IMG/VR virus record: IMGVR_UViG_3300030117_006441
Location: 1 to 54,287 of that record
Reading direction: 5' to 3' (one strand)
DNA from: a virus
Lineage: Duplodnaviria; Caudoviricetes
DNA: 54,287 nucleotides
A model generated the notes under the pieces. The model made no database searches. It saw only the letters and a list, made by a program, of their open reading frames with translations, and was not told the origin of the DNA. Shown piece after piece: positions 28,543 through 38,082 of the stretch. The position numbers were made by a program, and so were the translations under genes. Within the stretch, counting starts at the first letter, position 1; every line of letters begins with the position of its first letter.

Positions 28543-31298
28543 TGGGATGTGGACTTTCTAAAAATCACGAAAAACTATTTGAAATAGGACAGAAATTTAT
28601 TAATAATCCCTCTGTTAGAAATATATTTAATGAAGGTGGTGCTAGTGATTTAGTACTAAAAAAATATATACAAATGTTTGGCTTTAAACCTAGTGAACAC
28701 ATTGTATTTGATGTAAAACAATCAGATATAAATAAATTTAAAGGTGAATTAAAGCATATTTTAAAGCAAATTAAAAAAGGTAAAATTATAAATAATTTAG
28801 GTTCTTCAGTATATACAACTTCTGCTGTAGTAAGAAGAAATCCTGCACTAGGAACATTGTATGATAATTTTTTAAAAACACAATATAATTTAAAAGGTAG
28901 ACAGTCTATAGATGTAGAGCAATTTAATAACATGATGACACATTTATCAGAAGCTGGAGTAATAGAAGGTTTATTGCCTTCAACAAAAAGTATTAAAAAA
29001 GCTCAAAAACTAGCTACAAAATATCAACAAGAAATTGAGTCATTGCGTATTGATGCAAACAATGGAAAAGATGTAGATATTAAATTACAACAAGCTGAAG
29101 TTAAATTAGATAATTTTTTAAGTGAAGGTGAAGGTATTGTATTTAAAAAGTTTATTGAAAAGATAGAAAGTAAAACAAAAGGGATTAGGTCTTTAAAAGA
29201 AATTCAAGAAATTGAAAAAAATAGAGATAGATCTAAAAAACTTACTGATAATCAATTAAAAATTATTAGAGACTCTATACATAATTCAGGAATTGCAGAA
29301 ACTCCACAAATGGCAAATGCTTTAACAGAGTATGTTATGCTTATGAATAGAGGCTATCATACTTTAAATAAAGGCGTAGAAGCCTATATAAGCGCAGTAA
29401 AAGAAGGTATGGTAGCTAAAGGTATTACTAATACAGAAAAGCTTGACCAAGTTTCTAAAAAATTAAGAGATAAAATATTGCCAGATCAAAAAATTGGTTA
29501 TTATCCTCATTATAGATATGATTTAAATGCAGAGTTTTTAGATGGCTTAATGCCTAAATTACAGAAATTATCTATTGAAAGTTCTTTTGGTATTGAATCT
29601 AGACAAAATATAGAAAGCTTAGCAGAACCTAAAGATTTAATAGAAGCAGCTTTATCAGATATTAATACTTATCTATCTAAAAGAATTAAACCTAGAACTA
29701 AAGATTTAGATAGTAAACTATATTCTATGAACTTTCCAGTAACAATAAAAAGATATTTAGATGAAATAAATAGATTTAATTTTGTTGCTCACACGCAAAA
29801 ATATACAAGGCAAGTTTTAAATGAGGCTATGAAAGGTTATAAAAAAGGTAAAGATTTAGAAGGTTATGGCAGGCAGTTTACTGAAATGGTAATGGATTTA
29901 CAACAAGCTCAAACTGGAATTAAAGATATTAAAGCTGGAGAATGGAATAATTTATCTAGAGGATTGTTAAATTTAGAGTTTGCTTCTAAACTTGGTTTTA
30001 ATCTTCGTTCAGGTATTGTTAACTCTACTCAGTATTTATTAAATCTAGTAGAGTTTGGACCTATCATTAAAAATAAAGCTGCTAATTGGTACAAAGGTGA
30101 TTTTAAAATGGAAAAATATGTTTTAGAATCTATGAGAGAATCTGGATTAAGATTTAAATCAGACAATCCTGAGTTGTTAGACATGCAATCATCTAAAGCA
30201 TTTAGTCAAAATGTAAAATTAAATGATGGTGGTGAAATTGTATTTACAAAACCTAGTAAATTAAGCAAATTTGCTGATATGACAGGATCACTTGCTGGTA
30301 AATCAGGATATTTTATGAGAGTAGCTGAAAACTTTAACAGAGAAAGCACATACAAAATTGGTTTTTATAAGATGTGGAAAACACTAGAAAGTAATGCACG
30401 TTATAAAGACATGATGAATAAAAAGTTTAATGGTAAAATGAGTCAAAAACAATGGGAAGCGGAACTTAAAAAACGATCTAAAAATTACGCGCAAAACATG
30501 GTTAATTTATTGCATTTTGATTATTCGAGTGTATCGAAATCTAAATTATTAAGATCTCCAGTTGGAAGGTTCATGTTTCAGTTTCAGCATTATGCTCATA
30601 AATTTTTAGAATACAATTTAAAAGTTGCTAGAGATGCAAAAAGCTCTATACTATCTGGTGACTTTAGCATGTCTGGTGATGCAGGAAAAGCATATAGAAT
30701 GGGGATGACTTACTTTTTAGTTCCATATTTAATTGGAGCACTATTTGAAAGAGATGCATTTAGACTTATACAACATGATACTGCTTCTAGAGTACAACAA
30801 TGGTGGAAATTCTTTACAGGAGATGAAGATGAATTTAAAGAAGCTACATATGGAAGAGGAGCAATAGGTGCATTAGTAGGTTTTCCATTACTTTCTGATG
30901 CTTTAACTACTGGAGAACTTTTAGAATTATGGGAGTTAGATGATGATAGTTATAGAAGTTTATTGATTGGGTATAACGATCAAAGTGCTTTGTCAGGAGA
31001 CCAAAAATATGCTAAAGCAGCAGGTGTTATTAGCCCTGCATTAAAAAGATATTTATATACTACAAGTGATTTAGCGTTTTCTGGATATTTAAGTGAAGCT
31101 ATTATGCAAGAAATGAATTTTTATAGAAGTACTAAATCTAAAGAAAGCAAAGAATTACTTACTAATGCATTTAGAAATAATGCTCCTGATAAAGTATTAG
31201 AAGTTTTAGATAGCATACAAGATTCTATTGAAGGAGGAAGACGTAAATCAACCTCCTCCAAAAAGAAACCTAAAGATTCTTACTTTTTAGGATATTAA
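28536..31298 (+). CDS. Large internal virion (cargo) protein
   Basis: Helical 920 aa; LGFNLRSGIVNSTQ and GRFMFQFQHY resemble large polyvalent/ejection proteins. Confidence 0.5.
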   Translation: MLMGCGLSKNHEKLFEIGQKFINNPSVRNIFNEGGASDLVLKKYIQMFGFKPSEHIVFDVKQSDINKFKGELKHILKQIKKGKIINNLGSSVYTTSAVVRRNPALGTLYDNFLKTQYNLKGRQSIDVEQFNNMMTHLSEAGVIEGLLPSTKSIKKAQKLATKYQQEIESLRIDANNGKDVDIKLQQAEVKLDNFLSEGEGIVFKKFIEKIESKTKGIRSLKEIQEIEKNRDRSKKLTDNQLKIIRDSIHNSGIAETPQMANALTEYVMLMNRGYHTLNKGVEAYISAVKEGMVAKGITNTEKLDQVSKKLRDKILPDQKIGYYPHYRYDLNAEFLDGLMPKLQKLSIESSFGIESRQNIESLAEPKDLIEAALSDINTYLSKRIKPRTKDLDSKLYSMNFPVTIKRYLDEINRFNFVAHTQKYTRQVLNEAMKGYKKGKDLEGYGRQFTEMVMDLQQAQTGIKDIKAGEWNNLSRGLLNLEFASKLGFNLRSGIVNSTQYLLNLVEFGPIIKNKAANWYKGDFKMEKYVLESMRESGLRFKSDNPELLDMQSSKAFSQNVKLNDGGEIVFTKPSKLSKFADMTGSLAGKSGYFMRVAENFNRESTYKIGFYKMWKTLESNARYKDMMNKKFNGKMSQKQWEAELKKRSKNYAQNMVNLLHFDYSSVSKSKLLRSPVGRFMFQFQHYAHKFLEYNLKVARDAKSSILSGDFSMSGDAGKAYRMGMTYFLVPYLIGALFERDAFRLIQHDTASRVQQWWKFFTGDEDEFKEATYGRGAIGALVGFPLLSDALTTGELLELWELDDDSYRSLLIGYNDQSALSGDQKYAKAAGVISPALKRYLYTTSDLAFSGYLSEAIMQEMNFYRSTKSKESKELLTNAFRNNAPDKVLEVLDSIQDSIEGGRRKSTSSKKKPKDSYFLGY

Positions 31299-31474
31299 CT
31301 GGAATAGTTTTTCATTGAATCTACTAACGATTGTTTAAAATCTGATAATATTTTTTGTAAACTATCAATTAATTTAATGTTTTGTATAATATACTCAGGA
31401 TTATCTTCTTGACGTTCTTCCATTTTGTGTACTATTTTTTGTATTACTTTTGCAGCATCTATTGATTTTTGCAT
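31295..31474 (-). CDS. Hypothetical protein (59 aa)
   Basis: Read manually; GGAG RBS; stop overlaps the stop of the convergent + strand gene. Confidence 0.55.
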   Translation of the reverse strand: MQKSIDAAKVIQKIVHKMEERQEDNPEYIIQNIKLIDSLQKILSDFKQSLVDSMKNYSS

Positions 31475-31833
31475 TTCTTATCTCCTATTATATTTAAAAA
31501 TTCATCAAATTCTAAAACAGCATAAACTTTAGACCTATTTCTTTTAATAACCAAAATAGGCACTCTATCTTCAGAATTATCTTCTGCTTGTTCTAATGAC
31601 TTCCAAAGATTTAGTCTTTCTGTATTTTTGCATTCAAAGCTGTAAGGAATAAGCTTTTTTGCTATTGGAGATAGTACAATATCTTCGCCTCCCATTCCCA
31701 TAGTCTGTGACTTAATATCATCATACTCGAGCCGTGGCATCTTAGTCCACAGATCAACGAAGATAGATCTAAGCTTATCCCTTACTAAATTTTGTAGATT
31801 CCGTCCCTTTGCTTTCGCACTCTTTACTTTCAT
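31459..31833 (-). CDS. Holliday junction resolvase, PD-(D/E)XK
   Basis: SAKAKGRNLQ…GEDI…SFECKNTE. Confidence 0.75.
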   Translation of the reverse strand: MKVKSAKAKGRNLQNLVRDKLRSIFVDLWTKMPRLEYDDIKSQTMGMGGEDIVLSPIAKKLIPYSFECKNTERLNLWKSLEQAEDNSEDRVPILVIKRNRSKVYAVLEFDEFLNIIGDKKCKNQ

Positions 31834-32026
31834 GTTTCCCCCTTATAGTTGATTTAGTTATAGCATCCCATTTATTAGCATCTAATGTAGGTGTATTAGC
31901 CCATTCAATAGTACCTTTTATGTCTTGTTTTGGAACTATTATTTCGCAGTACTCATTATATTCTGTTCCACATACACTACATGTAAACCATAAATCCCTA
32001 TTTGGGTTTGATGATTTTTGTTCCAT
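31775..32026 (-). CDS. Hypothetical protein with CxxC
   Basis: ORF track; AAGGAG RBS. Confidence 0.55.
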   Translation of the reverse strand: MEQKSSNPNRDLWFTCSVCGTEYNEYCEIIVPKQDIKGTIEWANTPTLDANKWDAITKSTIRGKHESKECESKGTESTKFSKG

Positions 32027-32228
32027 TTGATTCTCCTTTCAATTTAGCGCTAGCTTCTAGAATTTCTTTTTGATATTCATGAAAATCTTTAACATCTTTT
32101 TTAAATTCAATATATTGTTTTAAAGAATTTCCTATATTTTCAATCATTTCAATAGCAATATTATTAACATTAGTTAGCATTTCTACTTTTGCGACAATTT
32201 CTTTATTTGTTGGCTTTTTTCTTTCCAT
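31998..32228 (-). CDS. Hypothetical protein
   Basis: ORF track; GGAGG RBS. Confidence 0.55.
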   Translation of the reverse strand: MERKKPTNKEIVAKVEMLTNVNNIAIEMIENIGNSLKQYIEFKKDVKDFHEYQKEILEASAKLKGESNGTKIIKPK

Positions 32229-32389
32229 ACTTTTTTACCTCCTTCCCTTTCTGCACACTTAGCGCATATACTTAATTTTTGTTGAGTGATAAAGCCAATC
32301 CATAAATACTTTTCAGTATATTTTATTTCATGGCACATACCACATTTTTCATTTAACTTACCTAAATATTTGACTATTCCAAATATCAA
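32183..32389 (-). CDS. Small Zn-finger-like protein (CxxC…CxxC)
   Basis: CGMC and CAKC. Confidence 0.5.
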   Translation of the reverse strand: MIFGIVKYLGKLNEKCGMCHEIKYTEKYLWIGFITQQKLSICAKCAEREGGKKVWKEKSQQIKKLSQK

Positions 32390-32556
32390 AGACCAAGTCC
32401 TTCAAGTCTTTTGTTAGCTTCTATTCTTTTATCTTCTGGCATACTTTCCCAGTATTCCATAAATATATCATAAGCATGTCTATATTTAACTAAATCAACA
32501 ATAGTTTCATCATTTGTTTTGTCAATATCATCGAATAATTGTTTTATATAACTCAT
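32386..32556 (-). CDS. Hypothetical protein (56 aa)
   Basis: Read manually; AAGGAG RBS; overlaps both neighbours. Confidence 0.55.
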   Translation of the reverse strand: MSYIKQLFDDIDKTNDETIVDLVKYRHAYDIFMEYWESMPEDKRIEANKRLEGLGL

Positions 32557-32714
32557 AATACAGGCTCCTTTCCTCTTAATTTACATTGATAATAGTATCT
32601 TTGACGTTTATGTATGTTCCAAGGTGTAAAGTGTGTATAATCTTTATCTTTTGGATTTCTACCTAAATGAAGATCCTCACGTGTAATAAAATGTATGTAT
32701 TCAGTAACTCTCAT
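32553..32714 (-). CDS. Hypothetical protein (53 aa)
   Basis: Read manually; ATGA overlaps at both ends. Confidence 0.45.
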   Translation of the reverse strand: MRVTEYIHFITREDLHLGRNPKDKDYTHFTPWNIHKRQRYYYQCKLRGKEPVL

Positions 32715-32854
32715 GACCACCATTTTCTCCATTCTATTTGACGCTTTTTCTTATCTTCTTCTATTTTTTTAGTTTTTGTAGTATTTCTCTTTTTGTATTT
32801 AACTCGACCTACACTAGTCATTTTAGGAAAAACACTTTTCTTTTTTTCTGTCAT
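32711..32854 (-). CDS. Small basic protein (47 aa)
   Basis: Read manually; AGGAGG RBS. Confidence 0.55.
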   Translation of the reverse strand: MTEKKKSVFPKMTSVGRVKYKKRNTTKTKKIEEDKKKRQIEWRKWWS

Positions 32855-32862
32855 ATTACCTC

Positions 32863-33726
32863 CTAGAATATGTATCTTATTTCTTGCCATGGCAATACAA
32901 AGTTATGTAATTCTTTAAACTTTGATATACAACGCCACTTATAATTATATTTATATCTAATATTAGTATTCCCATATTGAGATACTTTAGTTTCTTGTAT
33001 GTTAGGCTTCCATAATAACTCTTCTTGTTCTATTTTATTGTTATCTAAATTATATTGATGCATTTGTTTATTATGTGTTAAAAATATTACTTCACATTTT
33101 ACTTTATCTTTAATACTGTTATCAACATACTTATCAACAGTTTCAAATAAATCTATATACATATCCCTAGAATCTTTATGCACTATAACTGGAGAATAAT
33201 TTAAATGAACATCATATCCTGCTTCATAAAAATCATTAACTGCTTTAATTCTATCAATAATTTTAGATGTACCAGGTTCTAATTTATCAGCTAACTTTTG
33301 AGGCATAATACTAAACCTAATTCGTATTTTTCTATCTGCATCATAATCTAATAAATCTTTATTAACATATTTAGTAGCAGCAGTGCCCATAGCTTTTTCA
33401 TGATACTTAAAGTAATTAAATATAAGTCTCCAATCATGATACCTAGAATGTAATATAAAATCTTCATTACAACTAAAATCATAACTATAATATTCTTCAT
33501 GTGTTTGATTAGGCTTTTTAGGCCATTTAAGATCATTGCTATGGTTTTCTATAGCTATAAGTATATCTTCAGGATTTTGAGCTACTGTAAGCCCATTTGG
33601 TACATGTCTACGCATATAACAATACGCACACTTGTATAAACAACCAAAACCAAAGCTAGGAGTAATAAAATCACTACTACGTCCTGATTCTCTGATTGTC
33701 ATTGCCTTTCTATTTACATATTTCAT
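32863..33726 (-). CDS. Spore photoproduct lyase family radical SAM protein
   Basis: SSDFITPSFGFGCLYKCAYCYMRRH (CxxxCxxC), ATKYVN, IRIRFS, LEPGT, NYSPVI. Confidence 0.8.
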   Translation of the reverse strand: MKYVNRKAMTIRESGRSSDFITPSFGFGCLYKCAYCYMRRHVPNGLTVAQNPEDILIAIENHSNDLKWPKKPNQTHEEYYSYDFSCNEDFILHSRYHDWRLIFNYFKYHEKAMGTAATKYVNKDLLDYDADRKIRIRFSIMPQKLADKLEPGTSKIIDRIKAVNDFYEAGYDVHLNYSPVIVHKDSRDMYIDLFETVDKYVDNSIKDKVKCEVIFLTHNKQMHQYNLDNNKIEQEELLWKPNIQETKVSQYGNTNIRYKYNYKWRCISKFKELHNFVLPWQEIRYIF

Positions 33727-33744
33727 ATCTTCCCCTTTGTTTTA

Positions 33745-33815
33745 ATAAGAAAGCATCCCCAAACCAACCGTTGGCCAAGACCGCTATTGCGATATGATGA
33801 TACTGGCTTTCTTAT
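33745..33815 (-). promoter_or_regulatory. Intergenic stem-loop (10-bp inverted repeat, large interior)
   Basis: ATAAGAAAGC (33745-33754) / GCTTTCTTAT (33806-33815). Confidence 0.45.
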
Positions 33816-33834
33816 CAGGCTTTATTATTCTAAG

Positions 33835-34119
33835 CTAATCAGTAACGTAAGTCACTGGCGTAACTAAACGACCTGTGATCCGACACCTACGCTTCTGACA
33901 TTCTTCAACACTACCAAACTTCTTAAGTTCATTAACTCTACCTGATACCGCATTAATATCGAATCCTGTAGCTCTAGTCAACTCTCGAAGTGTTATGCCA
34001 AAGTCTTTATCTTGATGAGGTATAGCATACACAAATGATTTAATATAATCACTTTGCGATACTACTGTACCATCTTCATTAATTTCCTTATAGGCTATTC
34101 TAGACGTAACTCGTGCCAT
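33835..34119 (-). CDS. Winged-helix DNA-binding protein
   Basis: GITLRELTRATGFDINAVSGRVNELKKFG. Confidence 0.7.
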   Translation of the reverse strand: MARVTSRIAYKEINEDGTVVSQSDYIKSFVYAIPHQDKDFGITLRELTRATGFDINAVSGRVNELKKFGSVEECQKRRCRITGRLVTPVTYVTD

Positions 34120-34489
34120 TTTGTACCTCCTTGTTTTGTTTTAACATATCTTCAGCTTGTTGTTTATTTAAAGCTTCCATTTTTTCTTTAGATTCTATCA
34201 TACCCCATAGTATACATAAATATACTATAGCATCTGTTAATCTACCCTTTACATTTTCTCTTTGTGATACGTGACCTTTAATATAAGATGCAATACCATC
34301 TATATGCTTCATAAGATATATCCAAAGAACCATTTCTTGTGAATTCCCTGTTTGATTAGCTATTCTTTGAAAATTAGCAAATACATTATCTTTATTCATA
34401 GCATATTCTTTTTGACCTTCAGTATGCATAGTTTTAACTTCATTAAGTATCGAATCAATCAAAGCTATCATTTCCCTGTGTTTCATCAT
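34100..34489 (-). CDS. All-alpha NTP pyrophosphohydrolase-like (nucleotide-modification-associated, DUF1599-like) protein
   Basis: KEYA…FANF…YLMKH…ENVKGRLTDAIVYL. Confidence 0.55.
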   Translation of the reverse strand: MMKHREMIALIDSILNEVKTMHTEGQKEYAMNKDNVFANFQRIANQTGNSQEMVLWIYLMKHIDGIASYIKGHVSQRENVKGRLTDAIVYLCILWGMIESKEKMEALNKQQAEDMLKQNKEVQNGTSYV

Positions 34490-36234
34490 TCTATCCTCAC
34501 GTTATTTACATTTAATCTAACATTAAGAAACTCTTTCTCTCTGTTTTTATCACTTTTAACATGTATCATTTCTATAAGATTTGTTTCTTTATTTCTATAT
34601 GGTGTTAATGATAATAGTTTATTAGCATTATATGCCACACGGAATGAACCTCTAGAAGATGATATATCCATGCCTTCTTTAAAAGCAGATTTACTAATTT
34701 CACTAACAGCAAACACAACTACGTTGTATTTAACTGCAAGTTCCATAAGAGCTTGAGAGGCTTCTTCCACTTTCATATTATTGTCTTGACGTTTACTCTT
34801 AAATAGACCCATATGATCAACAACTACAAGCTCTGGTTTATTTTCCATCATAGCTATTTTATTTTCTATATCACTAGGATATGGAGAAGAATAATCTACA
34901 GTAAGATACTCAAATTTATCTTCTTGACCATTTTGTAATTGACTATAATGAGCTTCTAACTCTTCATGTGTCCATTTATTTTCTATCATTACAAATCTAG
35001 ACCATATTTGTCTTGGAGACATTTCCATCTCAATAAAATATGTTGGTTTCTTTAATGCAACTATCCAATTTTGTAATAACATTGTTTTCATACTAGCAGG
35101 TGGAGCTTGTATAATAACTACTTCACCTGGATAAATAGGAAAATCTTGACCATACAACTCACCTATATTTATAGGGTTATGGTCTTTAGAATAAAACTCT
35201 ATTAATTCTTTTTCCATAGCAGATGCATTCATTACACTTTCAGTTCTTACACTTCTTTTACCTCTATGCAATTTACATGTACTATCACAATAGAATTTAA
35301 TTATAGGGTCATCCCATCCATAAGTATAGCCTTCACCTCCGTGTCCTTTATAACAACCAGTAATAATGTTATCCATTTCTGCTTGTTTAAATTCATGTTG
35401 AATACTTACTCGTTGTCTCCAATTTTCCATAATCATTCGTACTATATTCTCTGGAAAACGCCATCTAAGATATGCAGCAAGTCTTAATGCAACCATATGC
35501 CTTTTACCTTTAGGTGCACCTTCCATCATTTTTTGAATACATGTATGATGTTTTGTCTCTAATGACTGTGTTTGTATTTGTTGTTGTTTCGGTTCTTCTT
35601 TAATTAACACATTAAATACAGGTTTATCTACAGGATCTACAGGCTCAGATTCTTTTTGTTCTGAAGCATAATGTTTAATAACGCTTTCTAAGTCTTCTTT
35701 ATTGCAATTCATAACATTATTTACATAATCTTCATGTATTTGCACTTTAAATAGACCAGATTTACTATTTTTAGTATTATTTATTCTAATAATTCTAGTT
35801 TTATCTGTTACTGAAGGGTCAGCTATATTGAATATACCTTTATCTGTTAATTCTTTCTTTACAGCTATGTGTAAATCTTTATGAGCTTCCCATTCAAATG
35901 CACTTCGATGTATACCTACATGAAATCCAGTACCACTAAAATAAACTTTACTGGGAACATCTAGCTGTTTTAAGAGTTTAAGTAAATCAATTAATTTATC
36001 TCTTGCATCTAATACATTACTACCATCTACATCTAACAAAAATTCTTCTGGCATATATATTTTACCATCAAATCCTGATAAAGATTTATTATCACTATAA
36101 TAGTTCTTTACATCTTCATCATAATCATATAAAGAACAAAATGTATCGTTCTCTATTCCTTCCCATTGTTCAATACTATCAGCATCATGAAAATGATGTC
36201 TATTAGATAATCCGAACGCAATTTCTTTAATCAT
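34486..36234 (-). CDS. Primase-helicase (AEP primase-polymerase, PriCT/PriL-like linker, SF4/RecA-like helicase)
   Basis: LLDVDG, YFSGTGFHV, DPSV…RIIR; Walker A-like APPASMKT, EMEMS, VVVDH. Confidence 0.8.
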   Translation of the reverse strand: MIKEIAFGLSNRHHFHDADSIEQWEGIENDTFCSLYDYDEDVKNYYSDNKSLSGFDGKIYMPEEFLLDVDGSNVLDARDKLIDLLKLLKQLDVPSKVYFSGTGFHVGIHRSAFEWEAHKDLHIAVKKELTDKGIFNIADPSVTDKTRIIRINNTKNSKSGLFKVQIHEDYVNNVMNCNKEDLESVIKHYASEQKESEPVDPVDKPVFNVLIKEEPKQQQIQTQSLETKHHTCIQKMMEGAPKGKRHMVALRLAAYLRWRFPENIVRMIMENWRQRVSIQHEFKQAEMDNIITGCYKGHGGEGYTYGWDDPIIKFYCDSTCKLHRGKRSVRTESVMNASAMEKELIEFYSKDHNPINIGELYGQDFPIYPGEVVIIQAPPASMKTMLLQNWIVALKKPTYFIEMEMSPRQIWSRFVMIENKWTHEELEAHYSQLQNGQEDKFEYLTVDYSSPYPSDIENKIAMMENKPELVVVDHMGLFKSKRQDNNMKVEEASQALMELAVKYNVVVFAVSEISKSAFKEGMDISSSRGSFRVAYNANKLLSLTPYRNKETNLIEMIHVKSDKNREKEFLNVRLNVNNVRIE

Positions 36235-36253
36235 ATCCTCTCCTTTCGGTTAT

Positions 36254-36317
36254 ATAAGGGGCGCTCACATATTCCTTTGCCATTTGGACTTACAGGACCA
36301 GTTGTTGCACCCCTTAT
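36254..36317 (-). promoter_or_regulatory. Structured element between the SSB-like and primase genes
   Basis: 11-bp closing stem ATAAGGGGTGC/GCGCCCCTTAT (one U-G on the - strand) with an inner hairpin. Confidence 0.5.
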
Positions 36318-36329
36318 CACATTAACTAA

Positions 36330-36890
36330 TTAAAACGGTATTTCATCACTTGATGTTGTACTTGTCTCATTAGTCGTAGTGGAGGATACAAAAGTATCTG
36401 TCTCTACTTCGCCACTTGTTAGTTTTGGTTTAACGAACTTAATAAAGTAGTTATTAGCTTTATTCTTCCAATATTGTACATCATCTGCTGTAAATTCTTC
36501 AGCAGCATTTTTAAATACTGTTGGAACAAATTGTTTTAATATTCTACTATATTTACCATCTTTATAAAGATAGATATTAACTGTTTTACCAGCAAGGTGC
36601 TTAGGATCATCATCCATTTTAATTACAACTTTACCGTCATCACTTTCTAAACCTCCTGTGATACCAGCATTAGCAAATCTAAAGACTTGGCCTATAGCCC
36701 ATTCTTCTCCATTGCTAACATTAGCGTAAATTCTAGCATTAAAGTTTTCAGGATAACCTTCAAACCATACATCTAGATATTTAGCATCGTTATAAACACC
36801 ATAAGCAGCTCTAGCAATAGTTGCTTCTTTCCAACCTTCAGCATAACTATTACCACCACCACCTTTATTAACTGTCATTGTTCTAGCCAT
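36330..36890 (-). CDS. Putative ssDNA-binding protein (start MARTMTV at 36890)
   Basis: GGAGG RBS; beta-rich core; acidic tail ending DEIPF; downstream of ERF. Confidence 0.6.
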   Translation of the reverse strand: MARTMTVNKGGGGNSYAEGWKEATIARAAYGVYNDAKYLDVWFEGYPENFNARIYANVSNGEEWAIGQVFRFANAGITGGLESDDGKVVIKMDDDPKHLAGKTVNIYLYKDGKYSRILKQFVPTVFKNAAEEFTADDVQYWKNKANNYFIKFVKPKLTSGEVETDTFVSSTTTNETSTTSSDEIPF

Positions 36891-37353
36891 TAGTACCTCC
36901 TTGTATTTGAATTGAATTACCATCATCATCTGTTTGTGCTATACCTACCATAGCCGATAGTGAAAATCTTCTTGCATAAGTAATAGTAGCTCCTACTGCT
37001 TGTGCATCTTGTTTACCACCAATAGGCATTTTTAACTTTGATTTAACCCATTGTCCTGATTCATGTAATAACATAGTAGTTACATAAAAGCTACCTTTAT
37101 CACACGTATCATTTCCTTGTATTACGGATAAACCATTTTTAGTTAATTGTGGAAAGCATGATTTAATTACAGTATCTAAATCAGCATAATCAGACTTGAA
37201 GAATGGATTAGTACTACTTTTCTTAGCACCTCTAATTTCAGATTGAGCTTTAGCTAACGCTGCAGCCAATTTGTCAATTTCAGGTGACATCCATTCGTTT
37301 TTTCTTCTATTTATAGGGTCAGAAGTCCCTTTGGGTTCTTGAATTGCTTCCAT
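36883..37353 (-). CDS. erf: ERF-family single-strand annealing protein
   Basis: NPFFKSDYADL, LLHESGQW, QAVGATITYARRFSL…G…DDDG. Confidence 0.9.
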   Translation of the reverse strand: MEAIQEPKGTSDPINRRKNEWMSPEIDKLAAALAKAQSEIRGAKKSSTNPFFKSDYADLDTVIKSCFPQLTKNGLSVIQGNDTCDKGSFYVTTMLLHESGQWVKSKLKMPIGGKQDAQAVGATITYARRFSLSAMVGIAQTDDDGNSIQIQGGTNG

Positions 37354-37401
37354 GAATCCTCCCTCTGTTTTGTGTTTTTATTATCCCTAGATGGGGGTTA
37401 T

Positions 37402-37430
37402 AATTTACATACTTTATTTCTATTTTCCAA
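37402..37430 (-). promoter_or_regulatory. Possible sigma70-like promoter for the recombination/replication module
   Basis: TTGGAA-N17-TAAATT on the - strand upstream of erf. Confidence 0.35.
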
Positions 37431-38082
37431 GTATCATTGTAGGAAAGTTAAATGAGAATTTTTTATCATAAGGCTGGTTAGTTATTAACTTCCTAACAGC
37501 ATTACAAATAAAACTTCCACTCATATTACTACAATAACTTGTTGCCTTCATTGTACATGGTTCAGGATCAGAATCACCATCAGGATACCATGTTTTAAGG
37601 TAATTTTTTAATGTTGGCTTTGGTAAGACATATTGTTGGTAATGTTCAGCTCCCATACGACCATCAATAATTGCAAAAGGTTTAATTCTGCTTTTAGATA
37701 TATGAGTTACTGCATCTAATCTAGATTTCATACTATCAAAACCTAGTATAATTATATCATTATGCTGACTCATAGGTATATATTCATTGTCTTCTGGGAA
37801 TTTACCAAAATATTTATCGACTGTTTTCTTGTTTCCAGTGATATTTATTATATGATGATAGAGACAATCAACCTTATTTTTACCGACATCTTTTATGTTA
37901 TATTGACTTACACCTATATTTGGTTGCTCAACAACATCTCCATCGTATAAAGCAAAGTTTTCTGCTCCCATTCTTGCCAACTGCATGGCTGCAGAGCTAC
38001 CAATAGCCCCGCAACCAAGTATATGGTAAGAATAGTCATTCATATTACTAACAATATCACTGAATCTACTATTTTTGTCCAT
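37420..38082 (-). CDS. ThiF/MoeB/E1-like activating enzyme
   Basis: ILGCGAIGS, YDGDVVEQPNI, VGKNKV, GFDSMKSR, IDGRMG; candidate catalytic Cys in EPCT. Confidence 0.9.
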   Translation of the reverse strand: MDKNSRFSDIVSNMNDYSYHILGCGAIGSSAAMQLARMGAENFALYDGDVVEQPNIGVSQYNIKDVGKNKVDCLYHHIINITGNKKTVDKYFGKFPEDNEYIPMSQHNDIIILGFDSMKSRLDAVTHISKSRIKPFAIIDGRMGAEHYQQYVLPKPTLKNYLKTWYPDGDSDPEPCTMKATSYCSNMSGSFICNAVRKLITNQPYDKKFSFNFPTMILGK

